DNA from: an uncultured Pseudomonadota bacterium
GTDB taxonomy: Bacteria > Pseudomonadota > Alphaproteobacteria > JACZXZ01
Assembly: GCA_963749075.1 (NCBI GenBank)
Contig: CAVVLJ010000017.1
Span: 1,088,001 to 1,152,000 of the forward strand
Length of the DNA stretch: 64,000 nucleotides
Direction: 5' to 3'
This document shows, in pieces, positions 22,455-33,400 of this stretch. The translations under genes were made by a program, and so were the position numbers. Numbering within the stretch: the stretch's first letter is position 1; the number at the start of each line of letters is the position of its first letter. A model generated the notes under the pieces. That model ran no database searches. It worked only from the letters and a program-made list of their open reading frames with translations, and was not told the DNA's origin.

Positions 22455-23375
22455 ATGACCGCATCGCCATCCCTGAGCGGGAGTGCCGGGCGCCGGCCCG
22501 TGGCGATCCCCTTCTATCCGGGGATCGCCCCCATCGCCCCGCGCTACGACGGCTTCGTGCTCGACCTCTGGGGCGTGATCCATGACGGCGTGACGCCTTA
22601 TCCCGGCGTCGCCGACACGCTCCGGCACCTGAAAGCGCTCGGCAAGCGCGTCATCCTGCTCTCGAACGCGCCGCGGCGCGCTGCCGAGATCGTCAATGCC
22701 ATGGCGAGGAAGATGGGCATCGGCCGCGAGCTCTACGACGAGCTCATCTCCTCGGGCGAGGCCGCCTATTGGGCGATGCGCAAGCGCGAGGAGCCGTTCT
22801 TCGCGCACCTCGGCCATGCCTGCTATCTCATGGGACCGCCGCGCGACCACGGCATGCTCGACGGGCTCGAACTCCATCGCGTCGAGCGCATGGAGGAGGC
22901 CGAGTTCATCCTCGCGACCGGCGTCGACTGGGACGACGACAAGCTCGACATCTACGAGCCGGCGCTCGCGGTGGGCGCCAGGCGCGGGCTCCCGATGGTC
23001 TGCGCCAATCCCGATCTCGAGGTCATCCGCGGCGGCCGGCGCATCATCTGCGCGGGCACGCTCGGCAAACGCTACGAGGAGCTCGGCGGCAGCGTGCGCT
23101 ACTACGGCAAGCCGCATCTCCCGATCTACGAGATCCGCTTCGCCCATATGGGCATCGCGGATCGCGCGCGCATCGTGGCGGTGGGGGACTCCTTGCGCAC
23201 CGACATCGCGGGCGCCGAGGCGGCCGGCATCGCTTCCGTGCTCGTCACCGGCGGCCTCCACGCCGCGGAGCTCGGCATCGCCCACGGCGACCATCCCGAC
23301 CCTCAAGCGCTCGCCCAAGCCTGCGCCCGCGCCGGCCACATCCCGACCGCCGCCATCCCCGCCTTCGTGTGGTGA
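22455..23375 (+). CDS. HAD-superfamily IIA hydrolase
   Basis: DLWGVIHDG, LSNAPR, GKP, GDSLRTDI. Confidence 0.92.
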   Translation: MTASPSLSGSAGRRPVAIPFYPGIAPIAPRYDGFVLDLWGVIHDGVTPYPGVADTLRHLKALGKRVILLSNAPRRAAEIVNAMARKMGIGRELYDELISSGEAAYWAMRKREEPFFAHLGHACYLMGPPRDHGMLDGLELHRVERMEEAEFILATGVDWDDDKLDIYEPALAVGARRGLPMVCANPDLEVIRGGRRIICAGTLGKRYEELGGSVRYYGKPHLPIYEIRFAHMGIADRARIVAVGDSLRTDIAGAEAAGIASVLVTGGLHAAELGIAHGDHPDPQALAQACARAGHIPTAAIPAFVW

Positions 23376-23387
23376 GGGAGGGGTTCT

Positions 23388-23448
23388 TCCCTCTCCCGTT
23401 TACGGGAGAGGGAGGGGCCCAAGGCGAAGCCTTGGGAGGGTGAGGGAA
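23388..23448. repeat. Single family-A palindromic unit between convergent genes
   Basis: CCCTCTCCCGTTTACGGGAGAGGG-AGGGG-CCCAAGGCGAAGCCTTGGG-AGGGTGAGGG. Confidence 0.85.
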
Positions 23449-23465
23449 CGCTCCCGCACAATCCC

Positions 23466-23810
23466 CTAATGATGGCTCCCGCGGAAGATGACCTCCGCCA
23501 TGCCCGTCTCGTAGGCGAGCGCGTCAGGCGTCAGCACGGCGCCCATGGGGTAGAGCGAGCGGATGAGGCCCTTGCGCTCGAGTGCCGTGAAGACGGCGGG
23601 GTTGGCGAGCCCGCTCGCGTCGCGCGCGAGGACGAGGTAAGCGCCCACGTGGAAATGGTCGCCGTGCGGGATGGGCAGCTGCGAGACCATGACGCTGCCC
23701 TCCTCGCCCCGCGGCGTCGCATGCTCCGGGTCGCGCGCGAGCTCCTGGAGCAGCGTGAGCGTCTTGAGCTGCAGCGTATTGAGGTTGAGCGGATTGCGCT
23801 TCCTGGTCAT
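23466..23810 (-). CDS. Conserved hypothetical protein
   Basis: MTRKRNPLNLNTLQLKTL...PHGDHFHVG...DASGLANPAV; host-like codon usage. Confidence 0.75.
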   Translation of the reverse strand: MTRKRNPLNLNTLQLKTLTLLQELARDPEHATPRGEEGSVMVSQLPIPHGDHFHVGAYLVLARDASGLANPAVFTALERKGLIRSLYPMGAVLTPDALAYETGMAEVIFRGSHH

Positions 23811-23891
23811 CGGGGTCCCTTCGCTCGCGGCGGTTCGGGTTAGCTTGGGCAAAGTGCCGTCCACGCGCAAGTGCCCCTCCGCCGCCCGCAC

Positions 23892-24055
23892 CAGTGCAAT
23901 CGCATATGGCACCACATGGATTTCCTCGTCCTTCGAGACGGGCCTTCGGCCCTCCTCAGGATGAGGAAATCCCCCGGACGTCGGGGTCGCCTCACCCTGA
24001 GGAGCGCGCGAAGCGCGCGTCTCGAAGGGCGAGGCGACCATATGCGACTGCCGTG
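23892..24055. repeat. Family-B REP doublet enclosed by 18-bp inverted repeats (MITE-like)
   Basis: CAGTGCAATCGCATATGG ... CCATATGCGACTGCCGTG (15/18) around the doublet. Confidence 0.75.
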
Positions 24056-24108
24056 CCTCCCGCACAGAGTCTTTGCCGCATCCGCGTGCGGCGCAGTATA
24101 ATTGCGCC

Positions 24109-26260
<2,152 letters not shown>

Positions 26261-26389
26261 GCGCGGGCGGTCGCGACGGACCCGGCCCGCTGTCCAAGGC
26301 GGCAAGGATCGCGGCTCTTTGTCACTTGGTCTTTCCGCGAAGAATGACTATTATGACTATGTTGACCTATTAGCGGGAGCGCGATAGCC

Positions 26390-26644
26390 GTGGACGCCAA
26401 TGTTTGGACCGTCGCCGAGGCGAAGGCGAAGCTCAGCGAAGTCATCGAGAAGGCGCGGACGGGCGGGCCTCAGACCATCACGAGGAACGGCCGCACGGCC
26501 GTGGTCGTCGTGGCGGTCGAGGAGTGGGAGCGCAAGACGAAGCGCGTCGGCAATCTTGCTGACTTCTTTGCGGCTTCCCCGCTGCGAGGCTCGGGGCTGA
26601 AGAGCAAGCGCCTCGGGGACCGCCCGCGCAAGATCGATCTGTGA
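26390..26644 (+). CDS. Phd/YefM-family antitoxin
   Basis: WTVAEAKAKLSEVIEKA...PQTITRNG; ATGACTAT direct repeats upstream. Confidence 0.9.
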   Translation: MDANVWTVAEAKAKLSEVIEKARTGGPQTITRNGRTAVVVVAVEEWERKTKRVGNLADFFAASPLRGSGLKSKRLGDRPRKIDL

Positions 26645-27066
26645 GCTTTCTTCTCGACACGAACGTGGTCTCCGAGTGGGTCAAGCCGCGCCCCGATGCC
26701 GGCGTCGTCGCCTGGCTCGCCGCGGTCGACGAGGATCGGGTCTTCCTGAGCGTCATGACCTTCGCCGAGTTGCGCTACGGTATCGAGCGCATGGCGGCAG
26801 GCGGCCGCCGAAGGCGGTTCGAGGCATGGCTGAGCGAGGAGCTGCCGCTGCGCTTCGAGGGGCGGGTCCTGCCGATCGATAGCGCGATCGCGGACGCCTG
26901 GGGGAAGATCGTGGCGCTGAGCGAGGCGGCAGGGCGGCGGATCGGCGTCGCCGATGCCTTTATTGCGGCCACGGTCGAGGTTCACGGCCTGACGCTCGTC
27001 ACGCGCAACGTCTCGGACTTCGCACCGGCCCTCAAGACCATCGTCAATCCCTGGGCACAGGATTGA
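26641..27066 (+). CDS. VapC PIN-domain toxin
   Basis: LLDTNVVSE, DAFIAAT, LVTRNVSDF; GTGA overlap with antitoxin. Confidence 0.92.
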   Translation: MSFLLDTNVVSEWVKPRPDAGVVAWLAAVDEDRVFLSVMTFAELRYGIERMAAGGRRRRFEAWLSEELPLRFEGRVLPIDSAIADAWGKIVALSEAAGRRIGVADAFIAATVEVHGLTLVTRNVSDFAPALKTIVNPWAQD

Positions 27067-27130
27067 GCGCGCTCCAAAGGCCGAGAACGCGCGCTGGCCT
27101 CGCGGCCCGGGACGAACTAACTTCTCCGCC

Positions 27131-29002
27131 ATGACGCCGCCCCGCCCGCAGCCCTCGCCGCGCCAGTCCGCCGTGGACGCCTGGCGCACCATCCGCACGC
27201 TCCTCCCTTACCTGTGGCCCAAGGGCGCCCTCGAGCTCAAGGTGCGCGTGGCCGCAGCGCTCCTCTGCCTCGTCGCGGCCAAGGGCGTCAACGTCTATGT
27301 CCCGATGCTCTACAAGCGCGCGGTGGACAGCCTCACGGCCGGCGCCGGCGGCCACGTCACCGCCGCGGCCACGGCAGCCGCCGGCGTGCCCATCGCCATC
27401 ATCCTCGCCTACGGCTTGGCACGCGTGACCGCACTCGTCTTCGGCGAGCTCAGGGACGCCATCTTCGCCAAGGTTTCGGCGCGCGCCATCCGCCAGGTGG
27501 CGCTCAGGGTCTTCGTGCATCTCCACCGACTGGCGCTGCGCTTCCATCTCGACCGGCGCACCGGCGGCATGATCCGCGCCATCGAGCGGGGCACGGCCGG
27601 CATCGAGTTCGCCTTGAGCTTCATGCTCTTCAACATCCTGCCGACGCTCGTCGAGATCGGCCTCGTCTGCGGCATCCTCTGGGCGCTCTTCGACGTATGG
27701 TTCGCCCTCGTCACCTTCGTCACCATCGCGGGCTACATCGCCTTCACCCTCATCGTCACCGAGTGGCGCACCAAATACCGCCGCCAGATGAACGAGACCG
27801 ATCAGGAGGCCAACACCAAGGCGGTCGACAGCCTGCTCAACTACGAGACGGTCAAGTACTTCGGCAACGAGGCGCACGAGGCGGGGCGCTACGAGCACGC
27901 GCTGGCGCGCTACGAGCGCGCCTCGATCCGCAACAAGGTGACGCTCTCGCTGCTCAACGTCGGCCAGGCGGCGATCATCGCACTCGGCCTCACGGTCATC
28001 ATGGTGATGGCGGGCCAGGGGGTGGTGGCCGGGCGCATGACCATCGGCGACTTCGTGCTGGTCAACACCTACCTCATCCAGCTCTACATCCCGCTCAACT
28101 TCCTCGGCTTCGTCTACCGCGAGATGCGGCAGTCGCTCATCGACATGGAGCAGATGTTCCGCCTCCTTACCATCGGCGCCGAGATCGAGGACGCGCCCGG
28201 CGCCAAGCCGCTTCAGGCACGCGGCGGCGAGGTCGTCTTCGACCACGTCTACTTCGGCTACGACGTGCGCCGGCCCATCCTCGAGGATGTCTCCTTCACC
28301 GTGCCGCCTGGACGCACCGTCGCCATCGTGGGGCCGAGCGGGGCGGGCAAGTCGACGATCTCGCGCCTCCTCTTCCGCTTCTACGACGCGAGCCAGGGCC
28401 GCCTCCTCGTCGACGGCCAGGACGTGCGCGGCCTCACGCAAGCGAGCCTGCGCGCCGCGATCGGCATCGTGCCGCAGGACACCGTGCTCTTCAACGACAC
28501 CATCTACTACAACATCGCCTACGGCCAACCGGGCGCTGCCCAGGCGGAAGTCGAGGAGGCGGCGCGGCTCGCGCGCATCCACGACTTCGTCTTGAGCCTC
28601 CCCGACGGATACAAGAGCATGGTGGGCGAGCGCGGCCTCAAGCTCTCGGGCGGCGAGAAGCAGCGCGTCGCCATCGCGCGCACCATCCTGAAGCGCCCGC
28701 TCATCCTCCTCTTCGACGAGGCGACCTCGGCGCTCGATTCCAAGACCGAGCGCGAGATCCAGGCCTCGCTCCGCGAGGTCTCGACCGACCGCACGACGCT
28801 GGTCATCGCCCACCGGCTCTCGACCGTGATCGAGGCCGACGAGATCCTCGTGCTCGAGGAGGGCCGCATCGTCGAGCGCGGCCGCCACGGCGAGCTCTTG
28901 GCACGCAACGGCAGCTACGCCGCCATGTGGCGGCGCCAGCAGGAGGCGGCCGAGCAGGGGCTCGTCGAGCCCGAGGAGCTGCGCGCGAGCGCTGCGGGCT
29001 GA
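27131..29002 (+). CDS. ABC transporter permease/ATPase, ATM1-like
   Basis: FHLDRRTGG, DSLLNYETVKYF, GPSGAGKST, LSGGEKQR. Confidence 0.95.
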   Translation: MTPPRPQPSPRQSAVDAWRTIRTLLPYLWPKGALELKVRVAAALLCLVAAKGVNVYVPMLYKRAVDSLTAGAGGHVTAAATAAAGVPIAIILAYGLARVTALVFGELRDAIFAKVSARAIRQVALRVFVHLHRLALRFHLDRRTGGMIRAIERGTAGIEFALSFMLFNILPTLVEIGLVCGILWALFDVWFALVTFVTIAGYIAFTLIVTEWRTKYRRQMNETDQEANTKAVDSLLNYETVKYFGNEAHEAGRYEHALARYERASIRNKVTLSLLNVGQAAIIALGLTVIMVMAGQGVVAGRMTIGDFVLVNTYLIQLYIPLNFLGFVYREMRQSLIDMEQMFRLLTIGAEIEDAPGAKPLQARGGEVVFDHVYFGYDVRRPILEDVSFTVPPGRTVAIVGPSGAGKSTISRLLFRFYDASQGRLLVDGQDVRGLTQASLRAAIGIVPQDTVLFNDTIYYNIAYGQPGAAQAEVEEAARLARIHDFVLSLPDGYKSMVGERGLKLSGGEKQRVAIARTILKRPLILLFDEATSALDSKTEREIQASLREVSTDRTTLVIAHRLSTVIEADEILVLEEGRIVERGRHGELLARNGSYAAMWRRQQEAAEQGLVEPEELRASAAG

Positions 29003-29005
29003 GGC

Positions 29006-29407
29006 TCAGGCGGCGAGGAGATCGACCCCAGCCTCGCGCGCGGCTGCGGCCAGCGCGCGGTCGAGGGTCGCCAGTGGAATCCGTTCCGAGAGGGCCAAGC
29101 CCAAATAGCTGGCGTCATACACCGTGAGGCCATGCGTCCTCGCGAGCGCCAAAACTCCGCTGCCGTCGGGCAATTCAAGGCGGATTGGCAAGCCGGAGAG
29201 GTGAGTCAAAGCCGTCGCCGTGGCGCTGGGAACAATGCGTCGACGCCGTTCCTGCATGACGAGCAAATTGCGGAGCTCGTACCAGAACAAGGTCGGCGCC
29301 AAACAGGGCCCCTCTGCGAGGCGCTCGAGCGCCGTGTTCGCAACGGCCGAGCGCTCGTCCGTCAGGTACCAAGCGGCAGCGACCGAGGCGTCGAGCACGA
29401 ATGCCAT
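29006..29407 (-). CDS. VapC PIN-domain toxin
   Basis: MAFVLDASVAAAW, LTVYDASYL, LATLD. Confidence 0.9.
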   Translation of the reverse strand: MAFVLDASVAAAWYLTDERSAVANTALERLAEGPCLAPTLFWYELRNLLVMQERRRRIVPSATATALTHLSGLPIRLELPDGSGVLALARTHGLTVYDASYLGLALSERIPLATLDRALAAAAREAGVDLLAA

Positions 29408-29644
29408 CAGCGGCGCCCGAAATTCTTCGAACTCGATGATCTCCTCGATCGTAATTTTCGGCCACTTGGCGCGCTCCTTGCGGATGGCCGCGATGATCTC
29501 CTTCACGCTCCTTTGCTCGATGGGTGCAAGGCGTGCCACAGGCCGCCCGGCATGGGCGATGACGACCTCCTCGCCGGCCTCGGCCTTGTGGATGAGCTCC
29601 GAGAGGCGCGTCTTCGCCTCGCCGATGTTGACGGTGATGGTCAT
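29407..29644 (-). CDS. Phd/YefM-family antitoxin (in frame with the toxin as assembled)
   Basis: VNIGEAKTRLSELI...GEEVVIAHAGRPVARL; removing one base near 29428 restores ...GRR* with a TGATG overlap. Confidence 0.85.
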
Positions 29645-29686
29645 GGCGAACCTCGACCCGACGATCAGCTTCCGGCTGCAAGATAG

Positions 29687-29710
29687 GCTTGACCAAGTGC
29701 TTGGTCAAGC
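29687..29710. promoter_or_regulatory. Putative TA operator palindrome
   Basis: GCTTGACCAAG-TG-CTTGGTCAAGC perfect inverted repeat upstream of the antitoxin. Confidence 0.65.
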
Positions 29711-29764
29711 TCTGCGGCGGCGTCATCCATGGCGGCCCTTGCCGATTTCCGCTAGGACAAGGCC

Positions 29765-30799
29765 ATGAGCGCCGAGCGACCCACGAGCGGCAAGCGCGCC
29801 GCCAAGCCGGAGGAGAGCGACGAGATCGCGCGCCTGGCCGCAGCACTCGCGCGCGGCGAGCGCCGGGCGCTGGCGCGCGCCATCACGCTCGTCGAATCGA
29901 CGCGGGCCGATCACCGCGCCGCGGCCGCTGCACTCCTCGAGCGGCTCATGCCGGCCACGGGCAAGGCGATCCGCCTCGGCATCTCGGGCGTGCCCGGGGT
30001 GGGCAAATCGAGCTTCATCGAAGCCTTCGGCCTCACCCTCACGGGACGCGGCCACCGCTTGGCGGTGCTCGCGGTCGATCCCTCCTCCAAGCGCGGCGGC
30101 GGCTCGATCCTTGGCGACAAGACGCGCATGGAGAAGCTGGCGCTCGATGACGCTGCCTTCATCCGCCCCTCGCCCACTGGCGGCACGCTCGGCGGCGTGA
30201 CGCGCCGCACGCGCGAGGCCATCCTCGTCGCCGAGGCGGCAGGCTTCGACGTCGTCGTCGTCGAGACGGTCGGCGTCGGCCAGTCGGAGACCGCGGTCGC
30301 CGACATGGTCGACATGTTCATCCTCCTCGTGCAGCCCGCGGGCGGCGACGAGCTGCAAGCGCTGAAGCGCGGCATCATGGAGCTCGCCGACCTTGTCGTC
30401 GTGACCAAATCCGACGGCGAGCTCATGGCCGCCGCCAACCGCGCCGCCGCCGACTACCGCCGCGCCCTCCAGCTCGTCATGCCCCGCACGCCCGGCTGGC
30501 GCGTGCCGGTGCGGCAATGCTCGGCCGTGACCGGCAAGGGCATCGCCGAGGTGTGGCAGAGCGTCGAGCAATATCATGCGGCAGCATACGGCACGGGCGA
30601 GCTCGCGGCGCGCCGCGCCGAGCAGGTGCTGAGCTGGTTCGCGAGCGAGCTCCAGGACGGCCTCCTCGCAGCACTCAAGAGCCATCCCCATGCGGGCCCG
30701 CTGATGCGCGAGATGGAAGCCGAGGTGGCGGCCGGCCGGCTCAGCCCGGCGGCGGCGGCGGCGCGGCTCCTGGCGGCATTCCGCGGCGGCGGGAGTTGA
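29765..30799 (+). CDS. meaB: Methylmalonyl-CoA mutase-associated GTPase
   Basis: ARAITLVES, GVPGVGKS, GGSILGDKTRM, ETVGVGQSE. Confidence 0.95.
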   Translation: MSAERPTSGKRAAKPEESDEIARLAAALARGERRALARAITLVESTRADHRAAAAALLERLMPATGKAIRLGISGVPGVGKSSFIEAFGLTLTGRGHRLAVLAVDPSSKRGGGSILGDKTRMEKLALDDAAFIRPSPTGGTLGGVTRRTREAILVAEAAGFDVVVVETVGVGQSETAVADMVDMFILLVQPAGGDELQALKRGIMELADLVVVTKSDGELMAAANRAAADYRRALQLVMPRTPGWRVPVRQCSAVTGKGIAEVWQSVEQYHAAAYGTGELAARRAEQVLSWFASELQDGLLAALKSHPHAGPLMREMEAEVAAGRLSPAAAAARLLAAFRGGGS

Positions 30800-30871
30800 C
30801 GGCGCTGGCATGACCGGAGGACGCTTGCGCCGGGATTTTGGGATACGAGGCGCCGATTTAGGACGGCATCA

Positions 30872-31561
30872 ATGGATGACATCGATAGGCCGGTATTCAA
30901 AGGCGAATCCCCGCCATTTCCGCCGTTCGATAGGGTGGCGCTCGTTCGATTGATAAAGATGGTCTTAAGGCCGCGCTGTCGGATGGCCGAAATCGGCTGC
31001 TGGCTGGGCACCGGAAGCACGCAAGTGTTCATCGAAAACCTGTCGGCCCTGGGCGGCACGCTGTTCTGCATCGATACGTGGCGCGGGAGTCCGAACGTCG
31101 CGGAGCATCAAAGGATGATCGCGGAGTATGACGTATTCCGCACGTTCATGCTCAATGCCGACAGCCCCGTCGTCAAGCCGATCCGGGCGAGAAGCGCCGA
31201 CGCGGCCAAGACTTTCGACGATCGGTCGCTCGATCTCGTTTTCATCGACGGCGATCACTGCTACGCCGAAGTCATGCAAGATATCGCCGCATGGAGGCCG
31301 AAGCTCAGATCAGGCGGGATCCTTTGCGGGCACGATTGCGAAATCAGAGTCGGGAAAGAGAACGCCGACCTTCTCAAGCTTCATCGTGAAGCCGATACCA
31401 TAGAGAGCCCGGACACCAGATTTTTGCAGCTTCACCCCGGCAGTATCCTGGCGGTTCACGAGATGTTTGCCGGCCGTGCCAAACTATTCTCGGACGAGGA
31501 GTTCCGTCTTGAGACAGGCGCGCGCGGTTATTCCTGCGTCTGGTGGACAAAGTCGCCGTAG
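30872..31561 (+). CDS. Class I SAM methyltransferase (Methyltransf_24-like), AT-richer islet
   Basis: EIGCWLG, IDTW, DLVFIDGDH, GGILCGHD. Confidence 0.85.
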   Translation: MDDIDRPVFKGESPPFPPFDRVALVRLIKMVLRPRCRMAEIGCWLGTGSTQVFIENLSALGGTLFCIDTWRGSPNVAEHQRMIAEYDVFRTFMLNADSPVVKPIRARSADAAKTFDDRSLDLVFIDGDHCYAEVMQDIAAWRPKLRSGGILCGHDCEIRVGKENADLLKLHREADTIESPDTRFLQLHPGSILAVHEMFAGRAKLFSDEEFRLETGARGYSCVWWTKSP

Positions 31562-31686
31562 CGGCCGTTAGTCCGGACGGCGCGTCTCGGCCCCTCGTGG
31601 CGGCTGATCGGATATCGCCACTGCGCCCTAATTCGGCCAGCACCCAGCTGAGCGAGCGCCGCGAGTTTTCCACGTAATCCCCGGGA

Positions 31687-31695
31687 TTATCCACA
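31687..31695 (+). promoter_or_regulatory. DnaA box upstream of dcd
   Basis: Perfect TTATCCACA; near-match TTTTCCACG at 31666-31674. Confidence 0.5.
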
Positions 31696-31882
31696 GCATA
31701 CTCGCGGCGGAAAATGGGAACAGCGCGCGAAGCCGCGGAAAATCCGCGCGATGGCGCACGCCGGGCTGTGGGCCGTCCGGTGCGCAACGGCGCGCGCGCT
31801 CTGGCCCATCCGCGATTGGTTTTTCGCGGCATATCGCCTATCGTTGACGGAAGAGGCGCGCCCTCGCGCCGAGGATATGACG

Positions 31883-33043
31883 ATGAGCGAAAGCACAGGC
31901 ACCCTCTTCCCCGCCGTCCCGCTCCGCGCCGGTGCGGCACCGCGGCACACGACCGGCATCCTCCCCTACCAGGCGCTCAAGGAGCTCATCCGCAATAAGG
32001 AGATCATGGCGTCGGCGGAGTTCAGCGAGCAGCAGCTCCAGCCGGCCTCGCTCGATCTTCGGCTCGGCTCGGCCGCCTACCGCGTGCGCGCGAGCTTCCT
32101 TCCCGGCGAGGGCTTCACGGTCAAGGAGAAGATCGCCCTCTTCGGCATGCACAAGATCGATCTCGCGGCCGGCGCCGTGCTCGAGCGCGGCTGCGTCTAT
32201 ATCGTGCCGCTGCTTGAGCATGTGGCGCTCTCGAGCCGCATCTCCGGCCTCGCCAACCCCAAGAGCTCGGTCGGCCGCCTCGATATCTTCACGCGCCTCA
32301 TCACCGATTCCGCCACCGAGTTCGACCGCATCCCCGCGGGCTACGAGGGTCCGCTCTATGCCGAGATCTCGCCGCGCACCTTCTCGATCGTGGTGCGCCA
32401 GGGCTCGCGCTTGAGCCAGCTCCGCGTGCGCCGCGGCTCGCCGAGCTACAGCGACGCCGAGCTCTATCGCCTCCAGGAGCAGCTCCAGCTCGTCGACCGC
32501 CCGCTCGAGCCGCGCCACGTGCAGCGGGGGCTGCCCGTCACCGTCGAGCTCTCGGGCGAGCCGGGCGCCGACCTCGTGGGCTTCCGCGCCAAGAAGCACG
32601 CCGATCTCATCGATCTCGACCGCATCGCCCACTACGAGCCGCTCGACTACTGGGAGCCGATCGCCGCCTCGCGCGAGCGCGCCATCATCCTCAACCCCGA
32701 CGACTTCTACGTGCTGGCCTCCAAGGAGGCGGTCAACGTGCCGCCCGACCACGCCGCCGAGATGGTCGCCTACGACACCCTCGTCGGCGAGTTCCGCGTG
32801 CATTACGCGGGCTTCTTCGATCCCGGCTTCGGCCATGCCGGAGAGGGGGCGCAGGGCACGCGCGCGGTGCTCGAGGTGCGCTCGCACGACGTGCCCTTCA
32901 TGATCGAGGACGGCCAGCTCGTGGGACGCCTCGTCTACGAGCGCCTGACCGACGTGCCCGACAAGCTCTACGGCCCGGCGATCGGCTCCTCCTACCAGCG
33001 CCAGGGCCTGCAGCTCTCCAAGCAGTTCAAGCCGTTCGCCTAG
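31883..33043 (+). CDS. dcd: dCTP deaminase (alphaproteobacterial long form)
   Basis: QPASLDLRLG, ANPKSSVGRLD, GEFRVHYAGFFDPGFG. Confidence 0.93.
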   Translation: MSESTGTLFPAVPLRAGAAPRHTTGILPYQALKELIRNKEIMASAEFSEQQLQPASLDLRLGSAAYRVRASFLPGEGFTVKEKIALFGMHKIDLAAGAVLERGCVYIVPLLEHVALSSRISGLANPKSSVGRLDIFTRLITDSATEFDRIPAGYEGPLYAEISPRTFSIVVRQGSRLSQLRVRRGSPSYSDAELYRLQEQLQLVDRPLEPRHVQRGLPVTVELSGEPGADLVGFRAKKHADLIDLDRIAHYEPLDYWEPIAASRERAIILNPDDFYVLASKEAVNVPPDHAAEMVAYDTLVGEFRVHYAGFFDPGFGHAGEGAQGTRAVLEVRSHDVPFMIEDGQLVGRLVYERLTDVPDKLYGPAIGSSYQRQGLQLSKQFKPFA

Positions 33044-33167
33044 CACCGGCTCAGAGAGGGTCGAGCAGGCGTCGATCTTGCACCCGAGGCGCAATGTTCG
33101 CGGATGAGCAGTCTATTGACAATGTCTGGCGCTCGCCGGTAGATTGGAAAGACTCGCAAACTATAGA

Positions 33168-33317
33168 ATGGCCGGTATCGCTCGCAAGACTTACGAAGTC
33201 AGATGCCCGGTATTCGGGCTCATCAAGTTTTCAGGCCGGGAGTGCGAATTCATTTCGCCGCACGCGCTTTAGCGCTTGAGAGGGATACGCCAACTCGCGC
33301 GGCCAGCGGCCGCCTGA
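33168..33317 (+). pseudogene. 5' relic of an HD-domain phosphohydrolase (COG1078/SAMHD1-like)
   Basis: MAGIARKTYEVRCPVFGLIKFSGRECEFISPHAL*RLRGIRQLA resembles RDPxHGxI...FQRLRxIxQL. Confidence 0.55.
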
Positions 33318-33400
33318 CCATCGCGGGCACCTGCCCCCTGTCTCGCCGGCTTCTGTAGCGTCGTCGTGAAACGGTCGGACCGACCAGGGGGGACAAGGCC

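Noticed and set aside
31666-31695. Replication origin
   Set aside because: Only two DnaA boxes, no AT-rich unwinding element and no origin-typical neighbouring genes
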